Assembly: GCA_026023565.1 (NCBI GenBank)
Contig: JAPETS010000057.1
Coordinates: 1-64,000, forward strand
Direction of reading: 5' to 3'
DNA length: 64,000 nucleotides
From: Cirrosporium novae-zelandiae
Taxonomy: Eukaryota
Each line of letters opens with the position of its first letter. Position 1 is the stretch's first letter. A model generated the notes under the pieces. It ran no database searches, had not been told where the DNA came from, and saw nothing but the letters and a program-made list of their open reading frames with translations. Shown here one piece after another: positions 11,497-24,046 of the stretch. Position numbers and translations under genes: made by a program.

Positions 11497-13404
11497 ATGA
11501 CGTCTACACCAGATATCCGTGCTTCTGAGTTGAAGCAGCCCATGGACATTGCTGAATACCTCTTCAGACGTCTCAAGCAAGTTGGTGTTCAGTCTGTTCA
11601 TGGTCTTCCTGGAGATTACAATCTTGTTGCTCTTGATTATCTCCCAAAAGTTGGTCTGGACTGGGTGGGTAGTGTGAACGAGCTCAATGCAGGTATGGCA
11701 TGAGATAAAATTACCCCGCACCACGTCAAAAAAAAAAAACACTAAACATCTCTTGACAACTACTAGGTTATGCCGCCGATGGATATGCTCGAATTAAGGG
11801 TATTTCTGCTATGATCACCACATTCGGCGTTGGTGAATTGTCTGCTCTGAATGCCATTGCTGGTGCCTACAGTGAATTCGTCCCAATTGTTCACATTGTC
11901 GGTTTCCCAAGCACTGCTTCAGCCAAACATGGCCTTCTCATGCATCACACCTTGGGCAATGCCGACTATAACGTTTTTGCCAAGATGAGTGCCCATATTT
12001 CAGAAGTGGTAGCTCAAATCGAGGATCCCACTGCTGCAGGCATCCTCATCGACAATGCCATCAGAGAATGTTATGTCCGCAGGTGAGTGTCCGAATATGC
12101 ATTTGGCTGTTCCATGTTCCAAGCTGATTAGCATATAGTCGACCTGTGTATATTACCCTCCCTACCGATATGGTACAAAAGAAGATTGAAGGAGAGAGAT
12201 TAAAGATCCCAATTGATCTAAGCTCACCAAAGAACGACCCAGAACAAGAAGATTATGTTGTAGAAATTGTTCTAAAATACCTCTCAGCCGCCAAGAACCC
12301 AGTCATCTTAGTTGATGCTTGTGCCATCCGTCACCGTGTCCTTGACGAAGTTCATGACCTTGTTGTCAAATCAGGTCTTCCGTCATTTGTAGCACCTATG
12401 GGCAAAGGAGCTATTGACGAGACGCTGCCCAACTACGGAGGTGTATATGCTGGAGATGGTTCCAACGTGGGTGTGCGTGAACGTGTCGAGTCTGCAGACT
12501 TGGTATTGAGCATCGGTGCTATCAAGTCCGACTTCAACACCACCGGTTTCACATACAGAGTCAGTCAATTGACAACCATCGATTTCCACTCGAACTGGAT
12601 CAAGGTCAAGTACAGTGAATACAATGGCTGCAGAATGAAGGGTGTCCTGAGGAAGATCATTGAGAGAATGGGTACACTCAACATCCAACCTGGGCCAGTT
12701 GCATCCAACAAGATCCCTGCCCATGTGGACACCCAAGACGAAACCATCACCCAAGCTTGGCTATGGCCAAGAGTTGGACAATGGTTGAAGGAGAATGATA
12801 TTGTCATCACTGAAACAGGAACCTCCAACTTTGGTATCTGGGAGACCAGATTCCCTAAGGGAGTTACTGCCATCAGTCAGGTTCTGTGGGGCAGTATTGG
12901 TTACTCTGTCGGTTCTTGCCAGGGTGCAGCTTTGGCCGCCAAAGAGATGGGTGACACCAGACGTGTGATCCTGTTTGTGGGTGATGGTAGTTTCCAACTT
13001 ACAGCCCAAGAAGTTAGCACAATGATCAGACGTGGATTGAGACCGATAGTGTGAGTACTGCCTGTTGATCAATTGCTTTTAACATCCAACTAATATTTCG
13101 CAGTTTCGTCATTAACAATGACGGATACACCATCGAACGTATGATTCACGGCATGGATGCTGAATACAATGACATCCAAATGTGGAAATACCTTGATCTT
13201 GTTCCTGCTTTTGGTGCAAAGGAAGGTCAATATAAAACCCACAAGGTTCAAACAAGGTCAGAACTTGAGGCCCTTTTCGGAAATGAGCAGTTCTCTTCTG
13301 CACCATATTTCCAGATGGTTGAGTTGTATATGCCTAAGAAGGATGCACCAGCTGCGTTGAAGCTGACGGCAGAGGCCGCAGAGCGCAGGAACGCCCAGGT
13401 TTAA
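11497..13404 (+). CDS. PDC1: Pyruvate decarboxylase (4 exons, ~574 aa)
   Basis: Exons 11497-11692, 11767-12082, 12139-13050 and 13104-13404 splice in frame. Motifs [32 protein letters not shown], the TPP-binding GDGSFQ...NNDGYTIE and QVLWGSIG. Confidence 0.97.
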
Positions 13405-13784
13405 TTTGGAGGTTACAAATATCCCATTTTCACGAGATGATATATTTCGGGAGTCCATTTCAGCTCGGTAGAGTTGGCGTGGCGTTTTTTTTTCACAATG
13501 GATGAAGGCTATGGGGGTGATGACTAGAAAATTAGATTTAAATCCAGGTTGGCAATGGAGTGAATGAGGCTTTATAGGGTTTCTATCCTTTTTCACTTCC
13601 TTTTCATCTTCAGGAAGTCAATTTATGGTGCTTCATAAACAATAGTGGTTCTACAAAGTACTACATCAATAGATCTCGCTTGTGTTTTCTAGAACACAAA
13701 CCTTCAAAAGTATCTATTCTCAAACAACGCAGAGTATTTTAGGTAACCTCGGCTCAAAGCAAAACATCAACAAGTTCTGACAAA

Positions 13785-15066
13785 ATGAATGCTGCGAAAG
13801 TTCTGGCTGATCTTCACACGAAAAAGAAGGTGATAACTCTTTATGCTTTAGTGTTAATTCCTTCGATTCCTCATGAACGTTTCTGCTGATTGAATGGCTC
13901 CAGAAATGGCGGGTCCCTGCAAAATATGCACCACGAAAATCTCACATTGAGCCTGGTGATTGTGGCATATTCGTAACTTGTGACAAAGGAAAGGAAGGGC
14001 AATGCATGCGCGAAAGCAAAGACATATTCACTGAAGTAAGGAATAAGTTATCCTGTGGTTTCATAAAGTTATTCCTGAGGCTCAAAAAATGGAATGCAGT
14101 ATATTCAAAAACTGTACCCACCAGGACCTGAGCAGGAGGATAAGCAAGAGACTGAAGACCTTGATATCGAAGCAGAACTCCAAAAAGAATTGGATGCGCT
14201 TAAAAAACCAGCGGCCAAGAATTCTTCAGCTGTGGAAGCCATTAGCCTCGACATTCCCTGTGGTACTGTACCACTAAATCTATTGCCATAGTCGAGTCAG
14301 AGCCTCAGAGTCTAATCAGTGGTATAGTTGTCTTCCTCCGACTACCTACTACGGTCGACCCTGTATTGCTAGTCCATACAATTTGTGTGGATGCTGCTCG
14401 CAACAAAGACCAGAAAAATAGTCGATGGATTAGAAGAATGACACCAGTGACATCCACGCGGAAGGTATTAGGGAGTGGAATTGAGGAGCTTGCGGCGCTT
14501 GTATTACCGCCACATTTCGGCCACGGGGGAGACGAGAAAGAGGATGTAGAAAAAAAGGAAGCTTCTAAGAAGGTGCGTTTATTCTCAATATTTCCTTGCC
14601 TGGGTCGATTATTTCATGCGGTCATTACTGCTACGCATGACCCCAAATACCCTCGCTACTCATACGCCCTCGGGACTGGTGTAGATTCAGTTTACCTTTG
14701 ACTTTCGCTTACTGGAGATCGCCTTAGTACGCCATTCGTCCTACAATGCGCAGCCACAACAGCGTATCAAGAGGCGATCTCATCAAGCGAGTCGCCGATA
14801 AAGTTGACGCAGTTAGTCTGGGGCACACGGTTGATCTCCAGCATTATGACTTGCTCATATTAGTCGATGTTTACAAGGTTTGTCAAGCTGCTCTTGTTGC
14901 AATGCAGAACTTGGATATAGAACTAGCTGACTATGTTGACGATTGGTTGTAGAATATCTGTGGTATGAGTGTTGTCGGGAATGACTTTGAGCAGCTGAAA
15001 AGGTTCAATCTTGCTGAGATCTACAATCCTACACCTCCTCCACAGCCGAAATCATCAGTAAGCTGA
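13785..15066 (+). CDS. TAN1: THUMP-domain tRNA acetylation cofactor, Tan1/THUMPD1-like (6 exons)
   Basis: Exons 13785-13829, 13904-14035, 14100-14262, 14328-14572, 14728-14877 and 14953-15066. Motifs IEPGDCGIFVTCDKGKE, DIEAELQKEL, YAIRPTMR, HTVDL..YD..ILVDVYKNICGMSVV..DFEQLKRFNL. Exon 1 is the least certain (weak GTGATA donor). Confidence 0.85.
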
Positions 15067-15493
15067 GATACACGTGGATTAGAAGGAAGTAAGTCCCTGG
15101 CAAAGGAAACCTTAAAGATTGAGGATGTCGGATATTGGAGACCCTGCATGACGGGGCTGGCCGTGAGTTAGAATTGTGAGAAATGAGCAGTAGCTTCTAG
15201 AAATTCCTTTTATATGAAGATCTGTTGGACCATTTCAATTCACTCCGTTCTGGCAATGTTAACTCGTCAGTCTCGTCATGGTACTGTGTACAAAGTAATT
15301 CGGGTGGAGAGAAGATGATAAAGGGATGATGGAACGCTATAATGGAACATCTCGCTAAATATGCGAGAGCCACAGCAGGGGGGCGGGCCCTCGGTTAGGT
15401 ATAGCCAAGTCGAGCCTCCGCCTTCGAGACTCATGGACAAAGCGTTTTGGGGCGTTGGTTAAGGTAGGAGGGATTTGCCAGCCGTGGTGGAGC

Positions 15494-15520
15494 GCACGGT
15501 GAGCACAGTGAGCACGGTGA
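15494..15520. repeat. 9-bp tandem repeat x3 (GCACRGTGA)
   Basis: GCACGGTGA GCACAGTGA GCACGGTGA read directly. Confidence 0.8.
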
Positions 15521-16230
15521 ATACAAGTGCCGTGATACCGAGTTAGTGCTAAAGGTGCAGAAAGTGAGAGGGAATAGCCGGCCGAACCAGGGTCTTAATT
15601 TCAACAGCCATTCGGAAAAAAGAATTTGCCGAGAGGCTAACCCACCATTTCTCCCATTGGCTGTTTTTCCAGCTTCTAAGCGAGAAGGACCCTGGAAGCT
15701 TCTTTGTTCATTGCAATTCCCTAATTCCCTATGCCATCAAGTTACCATCAGTGTCATCCTACTGTCAACAATATCGAATTTCTATCATTATGAAACCATA
15801 AAGTATGGAACACGTAACTGCTCACCACATATCACCTAAGCTTCTACTGCATCCTGTCATTCCTACCATGCACCTCGGTTCTCCATGGCGCCCATCAAAG
15901 CAAAATGCTAAGAAGGTTAATAAAGGCGCATCATGTAGAGTGCCTTCGTTTATTTTACCTACATTCTATCCTGGAATGTGAAGATCCTCTTCCTGAAATC
16001 CTTGGTATAATTGTTCTCCTTGACTCTGTTGAATACGAAATCTCTGGTTGTGAGCCTATGTCTTTATAGCATTCTTTAGTTTCTTCTTAAGACTTGAAAT
16101 GTGCATTCTTGGTGTCCTCACATACTTTGTACCTGGATTGAAAGCAATATATCCCTCATATTCTTATGAAAGAAATACCAAATCCATCCTGTTATCATTA
16201 TAAGGTACATTCGATAGTTCACGCATTACC

Positions 16231-17315
16231 ATGGGTTTGGCCGGAGTTAACTATCAAAACAGACCCCTTTCATTATTAAACCCTGATACCTACAAGACAA
16301 GAGAACCTTCACCAGATATGCCTGCTATCAAGAATCTTGTTCGTCAAGTCCTGCATGCCGACGATGCTATCGATCGCGTCGACAGGCTAGATGCTTCTCT
16401 ATATCCGATGTATTTGCTACATTTTGTGGATATCCCCCCTCTAGTCCTAAAGATGTCACCCGAACCTTTGACTAGAACTTTGAGGTTGGAAAGCCAATCT
16501 CTCAACAGTGAAGCTGAAATACTTTATATGCTACGCAGCCAGCCAAAATTGCCAATCCCAGAGCTTGTCCAATATATAGACCACAGCCATTCGACGGGTA
16601 AATCGATCCTTTTAAGAAAAAGCATCTCTGGAACGTCCTACTCCAATCTCGCCCCTTATATGAACCGGAGTCAAAAAGAAGAGATCGAAAGGCAATTAGG
16701 GACTTTCATGGCAGCCATCTGTGGTTATGTTTCCTCGATGTTTGGCCCGGTCAGCAATGTATCGTCAAATTCTGGAAGTAAATCCTGGCGAGAGGCTTTT
16801 ACCGCAATGTTTGAGTCATTACTTCGGGATGCCGAAGATATGCTAGTTTCTGTGGACTATGAGGAACTTCGGTATCAACTCGAGCGATTTGAACCCTTCT
16901 TGGATGAGGTGACTGAAGCACATCTTGTGTTTCCTGAGATTGGAAATGCGCACGATATTATTATTGACCCCCACACAAATCAGGTTGTTGGCCTGGTAAA
17001 TTTCGAGAATGCTATGTGGGGTGACCCTTTGTTGATGGATGTTGTAAGGAACGCATCACCATCCTTTTTGGTAGGCTTAGGTTGTTGTTCCGTAAAGCCA
17101 GGTAGCTGTAAAGTTCGAAGGTCAATGTACGTATTTCCCAAGCCCGGTTATGTTTAGGATTCGAGTAATAACTAACAAAAATTAGTTATCAATGTTTTCG
17201 AGCAGTACAGCAAGTTGTCGTGTATTATTACCGACCATCTGGGGAGGATGAGGAACTGCGAGCTCGAAAAGCACTTTCAAATGCAATAGCAGAATTGGCT
17301 AGCCTTGATTTATGA
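16231..17315 (+). CDS. Aminoglycoside-phosphotransferase (APH) / choline-kinase-fold protein, probably catalytically degenerate (2 exons, ~341 aa)
   Basis: LVLKMSP...LRLE....SE, FGP......SWREAF..MFESLLRDAED and AMWGDP are typical of fungal APH-like proteins. Intron 17127-17185 (GTACGT, ACTAAC, TAG) gives the C-terminal YQCFRAV...EELRARKAL...LDL*. Confidence 0.8.
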
Positions 17316-17785
17316 CAGTGCTATGATGACCATATGATGATTTACGACCTGGTTATTAGCGGGCTTGCATTGCTGGCGAAGTATGAAACCACTTATGGGC
17401 TTGATGACAACTGAAGCTAGTTATATCTCATAGATGGGGTTTTCTTCTAAATATTGGTATATATTAATATAAATAATATTCATGGTGTAAATGACTGATT
17501 CTGTCGTCTGAGATGTTGGAATAGAAAGTAGGAGTGTATGTATATGTCGGGTAGTTCCAGTCGAGACGGATGCTTTGACTGAAACCCCCACGCTCTTTCA
17601 GCCCTCGATCGCAACCATCTCTATCAAAGGATCGACTGTGGCTGTACAGGCACTTATGTTTTTAGATATCTTTCCGCAGACAAGGTGGCTCTTATCCACC
17701 ATGCTTCGACCGCATGCGCCCAAATACCAATTCCAAGACCTAGACGAGGTTGAAGTACCCAACGAAAGAAATTAGGCGACTCGTT

Positions 17786-20270
17786 ATGGAAGAATTCCTT
17801 CCTTCATATGAGACAGCAACAAATCAAGACCCGTGGGAATTAATTGCCCACTATATTCCCTCGGGCAATCTTTGTGCAGCTGCTTTGGTCTGCAAACGTT
17901 GGTGTCATATTTTCCAGCCGTTGCTCTGGGGAAACCCGACGTCCCATTTTGACTGTCCAAGCGACAGCATATACGGTACGTCCAAGAAGTCATATCATGC
18001 CACACCATCTCTCTGGTTATATCTAATTGATAGTAGATATTCTAGTTAGATATCAAAAGGTATTGAAGATAGCGCGCTTAGGGACCCGGGAACTTACCCA
18101 CACATTACATTTGCCCCCACGACCGGATTCTTATGAAGCACCCAGCCCTACATGGCTGAGAGATATTCTTGAATGTCTTCCAAATCTCCGGTCACTCTTA
18201 GCATCGCAATTATCCATTTTAGATCACAACTCGCTAATTGCTCTTGGTTCCCCAAGTCCAAGACAAGTTGCTATACCCGCTCTAGGATATCCTACCTATG
18301 GTTTAAGGCTGCTTATCCTTACCCAAAGTAATAACACCACTTCTGCTGGTCTGGCTGAAGCATTTAAACACCTCCCTCGACTAACGTATATTGACTTGTC
18401 GTATACTCCTGCTGGACGAGATAAGAAGGTATTGGCAGCACTGCTTTGCTGCTCAGAGCTACAAATATTGAAGCTCCGTGGGATTGGCCTCAAAGATGGA
18501 GACGTTGATGTTCTCGGTGAGGCTATCGGAATTCGTGCTCGGTATTTGGATGTGCGTGACAATAGGTTGACTGACCTGAGTGTCGTTCATTTACTCAACC
18601 ACTGTTTCCCTCCTCAAGAGTTCGGTCAGCATCACCGAGGAGGCTCTTCCATTCCATCGCAAGACTGGTTAACACGACCTCCGTCAGAACCCTTGATTGA
18701 TGGCTTTAGTGATCTCTCATCTGAGAACTTGGACCAACGTTTTCTTAAACAGCTAACGGACCCATTGACTGGGCTACTAGCCTTTGAAAATCTCCGCCAT
18801 GACGGGATCACTCATCTCTACATTTCGCATAATCCTCTCACGGTTGAAGGAATAGCAAACCTTTTGAAGCCTGGATTGCTTCGTGTCCTAGATGTGGGAA
18901 TTGCTGCTAATACTAATTTAATCTTCCAGGGCCTGGGTATCTATCAGAACAAACCTCCGTCCCCACGGTCCGCAAAACTCATTCCAGCTTTGGCAATGTA
19001 CGCCTTTCGCAATTTGACATATTTACGGATTGACCACGCTATAACTACAGTGTTTGCATCGTCTCAAGAGAAAGCATCAGTAGAGAAGTCCCAGTCATGG
19101 GAGATACCCCGGGAGATACCACCTGACTATGTCATATCTTCCCCGATTCCACCCTATTCAGAATATGCGCAAGGTGAAACGGGCCAAATAACGAATAATA
19201 CTGCCTCTAACATAGCGCTAGAGCGCCTTGGTACTTCGCCTGTTCCTCACTCAGCTCCTGATACCAGCGATATCAGTTCAATTTCAACCCGAACTTCCCA
19301 AGGGACTATGAATACCCCCCTAAGGACTCTCAGTAGCGCCACCACCGAATACATTAATTCTAGAATCGAAATCCTCTTGAACAAGAGACCCTGGACTTCT
19401 CGTCCGCCAAACCCACTACACCCATCCTTCGTCCCTCATTTACGAACTCTAGTCCTCACATCGGTTCCCGCGTCCGTTTCCTCCAAAGACGTCCCCGCAT
19501 CCTTGATACGCTACATCCGTGCCTGCGCCGATGAAACCGAACTATCACATCTCCAATCCAAACTCATCTATCCCTCCGCTCTGGGAACAACCCAACGTCT
19601 CGCCTCACAAAAATACGCACATTCTCTCTTCGGACTCCAAACCATCATTCTAGAAATCGCCTCGCCATCCAAACCCACCGATTCCATCTCGAAAGCAAAA
19701 TCATTCCTGCCCTCACGGCCATGGAATATTTCCCCTACATCTCCCCTCGCCAAAGTAACGGGAGGCAATAACTGGAAATCGGGATCCGCAACCGAGGATC
19801 AAGATACCGAGTCGCTATGGGCTTCCGCGAGCCAAGACTTTTCGTTTTTTAACAATGACGACAACAACAACAACGATGGTAGGCAAACTGAAGGCGTAGC
19901 AGAACAAACACCTCCCTCCAAATCACCCCATGCCATCAAATCCCCGTCTCCGCCACCACCCCCCATAGACGTCGTAGCCTCAATATCCAAATTCCGAACC
20001 CAAGCCAAAGCCCAATACCGCGCCTCTCTCGACCATCTCCTCCGCAACCAAAAACCCGGATCTGGAAATGAAAGGAATCTAACAGATGGTGATGCGAAGA
20101 TCAAAATGAAGGTGGGGGACTTTGGATACTGGGAAGGGGAAGTTGTGGTTGTGAGGAATTGGGCTGGGGCTGGAAATGGAACGAGGGCGGGAAATGAAGG
20201 TGGAGGTGGAGGTGGACGCAAGGGTTCGCAGTGGAGTTTGGGGTTTTCGGATAGGGGTATGTACCGGTGA
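17786..20270 (+). CDS. F-box-like plus leucine-rich-repeat protein (2 exons)
   Basis: Exon1 17786-17975 reads MEEFLPSY...LIAHYIPSGNLCAAALVCKRWCHIF..LLW (F-box-like). GTACGT donor; acceptor at 18033 or 18036. LRRs LTYIDLSYT, LQILKLRGIGLKD, LDVRDNRLTD, ITHLYISHNPLT. Confidence 0.8.
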
Positions 20271-20900
20271 ATGAATGCTGGTGCAGGTGCAGGGCAGATG
20301 TAGGTAATAATAGGTAGAGTAGAGTAGATTGGACCACGTTTGATCTAGTGATTTAATTGAATGACAAATAGTAAATCTTCTCTTTCAATCAATCAAGCAA
20401 TCAAATTAATATATTAGTCCGACCATCCGTCCCTCCATCCGTCCATCCTTCCATCTTATTTACACAATAATCATTCCTCCTATACCCATACCCATACCCA
20501 TACCATTTACATACTACCTAAAAAAAAGGCATCCCTCCCTTCTCCTTCTCCTTCTTCTCCTTCTTCTTCCTCTTCAGTTTCTGCCTTTTCTTTTTTTCAT
20601 TATCCTCTATTTCCATTCCCATTTCCGTTTCCGTTTCTATATTTCCCCTTTCCATATTTTCCATCGCTAAACGTAAGCCTAGTGGATGGGTGGGTCTTTG
20701 GGGGTATTAATATTTGGGACTGGGGTTTTCTTTTCTTTTCCCCCCATTTTATTCCCCAGTCGTGCTGGGTTGTGTTGTGTGCTCTATCGATTAGTTGGCT
20801 GGTTGACGGGTTGACTGGTTGACTGATTGGTGCAGCAATGTGATGCGATGCGTTTTCTGCAATAGAATACGGCTAGCTGAGTTTCTTAGTTTTGAGAATT
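20271..20900. repeat. Mixed simple-sequence-repeat island 2, between convergent genes
   Basis: (CAAT)n, (CCAT/CCGT)n, (ATACCC)n, (CCTTCT)n, (TTTCCG/TTTCCA)n and (GGTTGACT)n runs. Confidence 0.8.
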
Positions 20901-21137
20901 ATATATTTCGACTCCTGGGTATCATTCGCTCCTTGTTGATATAGATGAACGGATAAGGAAATGGAACAGGCAGTGCAAATAGTGCAAGGTTGCTTGCTGC
21001 TATATAGGCAGGATATACCCATTGAATAGTGGAAATGGTAGATGAGTAGACAGGTAGGTAGGGTAGTGCTGAAGGGGAGTTCTAACATCTGTGGCTGATT
21101 CCACCGTGTGTCTGGTATCCAATATCAACTCATCGCA

Positions 21138-22512
21138 TCATATATCCTCCTCCTCATCCGTCGAATCAAGGTTAGTTTTCGAGACCGTACTGATCCTCTG
21201 CCGTTTCAAAGGCCGTCCCTCAAACCCCGAAACCCTTTTAAAGCTCCCTCTTGTCCTCCTAATCATGGTTCCAGCACCAGCACCGGCAGCATCAAATGGA
21301 ATGGTCGTTGTCGCCGCCTCTTTACGTTTTTCCAGCTCTGCTGTTTCAGCCTTGAGTCTTTCGGACTCTTGGCGTAGTTCCATGAGCTCGACTTCTTTCT
21401 TTAGGAGTTGGTTCTTGGCGCGCAAGGTTTCGATTTTTTTTCTTTCGGCTTCTAGTTCTGAGTCTATTTCGTGTGGGGAAGGGGTGGGTGATTCGTGGTG
21501 GGTGTGAGAGGAAGGGGTGGTGATGCGGGGGGATTCTTTTTGTTGTTGTTGTTGTTGTTGGTGGTGGTGCTGGTTCGAGGAGATGGGTGGTTCTGCTATT
21601 GTTTTCCTCTTCTTTTCCTTTTCCTTTTCCTCCTTCTTCTCCTGGTGGACAGATATCGGTGGCAGTGGCCTTTTAGAAATGCGGATTCCAGAAGGACCTC
21701 CCATTGCCGGCTGCATCCTCGATTTCGAGGCATACTCTTCCTGCTTTAGGAATTTTTGAGGGATATTAGGCTTCTTCTTTTGGTCTTTGACGGCCATGTT
21801 TTCAAGCACCGGTAGTTTTGGCTTATCTACACCTCCAGAATTTGCTGTTTCGGAAGGGGTACTGGTTCTCTCCAGGTTGCTCACGCAGCTAAAGACGTTA
21901 TGAGCATTACATAGAGCCTGCGGAACTCCCTTCTCGTGGTCAATAACACATAATAATAGCTCCCTGTAAGCATCTAATTTACCATTTTCAGGGTTAGTAA
22001 AAAAATCAAGTGAGCTGCCTTCTTCTTTTAGTAGAAGGCCCCAATAAGTGTGTTAGATAACCCACCTTCGGTATTAGAGTCTCGGATGGAACTGGGCCGC
22101 CCAGATTCAAAAGGCAGGAGCTTGCCACTATGAATGGTTCTCACATGGACTTTCAAGTTTCTAGTTGCTATGGGGGTCTAACGGGGGAGGGGGGAATATA
22201 AACGACAATGAACCCAAGAGGTGTAAGAGAGAAGCTTACATCCTTATCACACGAAATGTTATTTCCTTCTACTCCTCCCCAGCGGCAAAACCTCTCCCCC
22301 GGTGCCATTACCACATTATCATCTTCCTAGACGCGAAACATAAGAAACCGGATATATCGTAGTGATCAAAGCTTCAAAGGACTGCCAGGGGGGGGGGGAT
22401 AACATACATCAAATACGAATGGAGGCAGCCCGACAGGACGTGTTTGAAAGCTGTCATACCATTCCCGGGGATTAAGAAGCCGAGGATCAGACCCACGAGA
22501 GGGGCGGGACAT
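21138..22512 (-). CDS. Uncharacterised protein with an N-terminal atypical C-x10-C-x12-H-x4-H putative Zn finger, poly-H/Q and a C-terminal coiled coil (4 exons, ~379 aa)
   Basis: Exons 22512-22408, 22326-22240, 22177-22066 and 21973-21138, with GTATGT/GTAAGC/GTGGGT donors and TAG acceptors, join stop-free in frame: ...GLPPFVFD|EDDNVVMAPGERFCRWGGVEGNNISCDKD|TPIATRNLKVHVRTIHSGKLLPFESGRP... Confidence 0.7.
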
Positions 22513-23039
22513 CTGTTTATGCTTCAGGCTGCGTCTTTTCGACATAACTGATCAGGATTGGGCTATTGTGATATTAATTGAGCGACTAAAAAAAGAAGGG
22601 TATTCGGAGATCTTTTTTTAGAGATTGCGCATGATAAGAGGGTGTGCACATATGAACAAAAAAAAAAGAAAACGGAAAAATTATCATCAAGTTTGGAAGA
22701 TCAGAGGTTAGGTTTCGAGAGTTCTGCGACATACAATTGAGTTTGTGCCACAGGAAGTGGTTATTTCAGAGAGAGAGAACCAAGTTGGAGGTCAAGTTTA
22801 GATTCGGCCCGTGTGTGGGTTGGCACCAAACGAACGGGCCGGCATCTTAATTGAGTTACACACACGAACGAAATATACGCGCCTGCTACTTACTCTACGC
22901 CCGTTTCCATAACGCCACGAAAAGATGAAGCTAATTAGTCGACTATGGATAATTAGATCTATAATGCGGAAAATCCTCCGAAGATCCCATTTATCGGCCA
23001 TTTCTAATAGCCCGGTCAATTTTCCCTTACAGTAGCAAT

Positions 23040-24040
23040 TGAAACTTTATATATAATAATAATAGACGACTATATAGCGTGTTAATGTAAATGACGATAT
23101 AGAAGAATAGTAGAGGTTGGGTATATACAACACCAATGCCTACTATCTCCTAGATGGGACTGACTTAGCTAACTGATTGCATTGCTTTTTTTCTAGTAAT
23201 GTTACTTGAACTTGAAGTACAGTAGGCTGAGGTACTTAGGAGTTGATCCCAACATACATATACGTACATACATACATACCCGACTTCCTCATATATCACG
23301 TGGAATAGAACACAACACGGTGGTGGCTTAACTATGAGACTATATAGTACACGACAAGTGAGTGCGTGAGTGCTAGGGTAAGCTTCTTGTCTGACCAAGG
23401 AACCAAGGAACAAGTCTAACGAGGGTGGTTCTGGTTCTGGTGGATGGATGGATGGATGGTAAAAGCTTGAAGGAAGAAAGGACTTTAGTTGACGGTGTGA
23501 TACTTTTATGTAGATATGTTGTATACGGATACGACATCACTTCATCTAAGGAGATGGATAGATGGATGGATAAATAGGAAAGAGGTAGATATATATACCT
23601 ATATGCGCATCAAATTCAAGTTGACATCAAATCTCATTAAGGTAATACCAGCTAGGCCAGCTACCAACCACCAACCCATCTCTCTAACTGCTATTCGACT
23701 ATCGAAAGCCAAAAGGAACGGCTAATCGAGCAGTAAAAAATTAACTAATAGCCATTCCAAAATAAAACGCCCTTCTCCACGAAAAAAAGGGGAGCGAAAC
23801 CCAACTCGCACAAAAAAGCGAAAACTTCATGTTCTTTTGCGTATATGTTTATGCGTGTTTCTCTCTCGTCTTTCATCTCATCCAAAAGGATAAAAGATGA
23901 TATAAAAAAAGCCCCCCAAAACCCGAGATCGTGGATACAGTCAATGTATGGAGAGCACGATGATATGAGACGCTGGATTCTCATACGCTGGGATGGAAAA
24001 AGGAAAAAAAAGCTACGCCTCTGGGTATGCCGGACGCTAA
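23040..24040. repeat. AT-rich simple-repeat island 3
   Basis: (CATA)n at ~23252-23279, (GGAT)n at ~23440-23458 and ~23555-23570, and multiple A-runs at 23735-24010. Confidence 0.7.
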
Positions 24041-24046
24041 AGTTAA

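Noticed and set aside
13402..13440. Stop-codon readthrough producing a cryptic peroxisomal PTS1 on PDC
   Set aside because: The stop is TAA TTT rather than TGA CTA, and the extension ends in FTR, which is not SKL-like.
17323..17415. C/D-box snoRNA (ATGATGA...CTGA)
   Set aside because: Lies in the immediate 3' UTR of the APH-like gene, with no terminal stem or recognisable rRNA guide.
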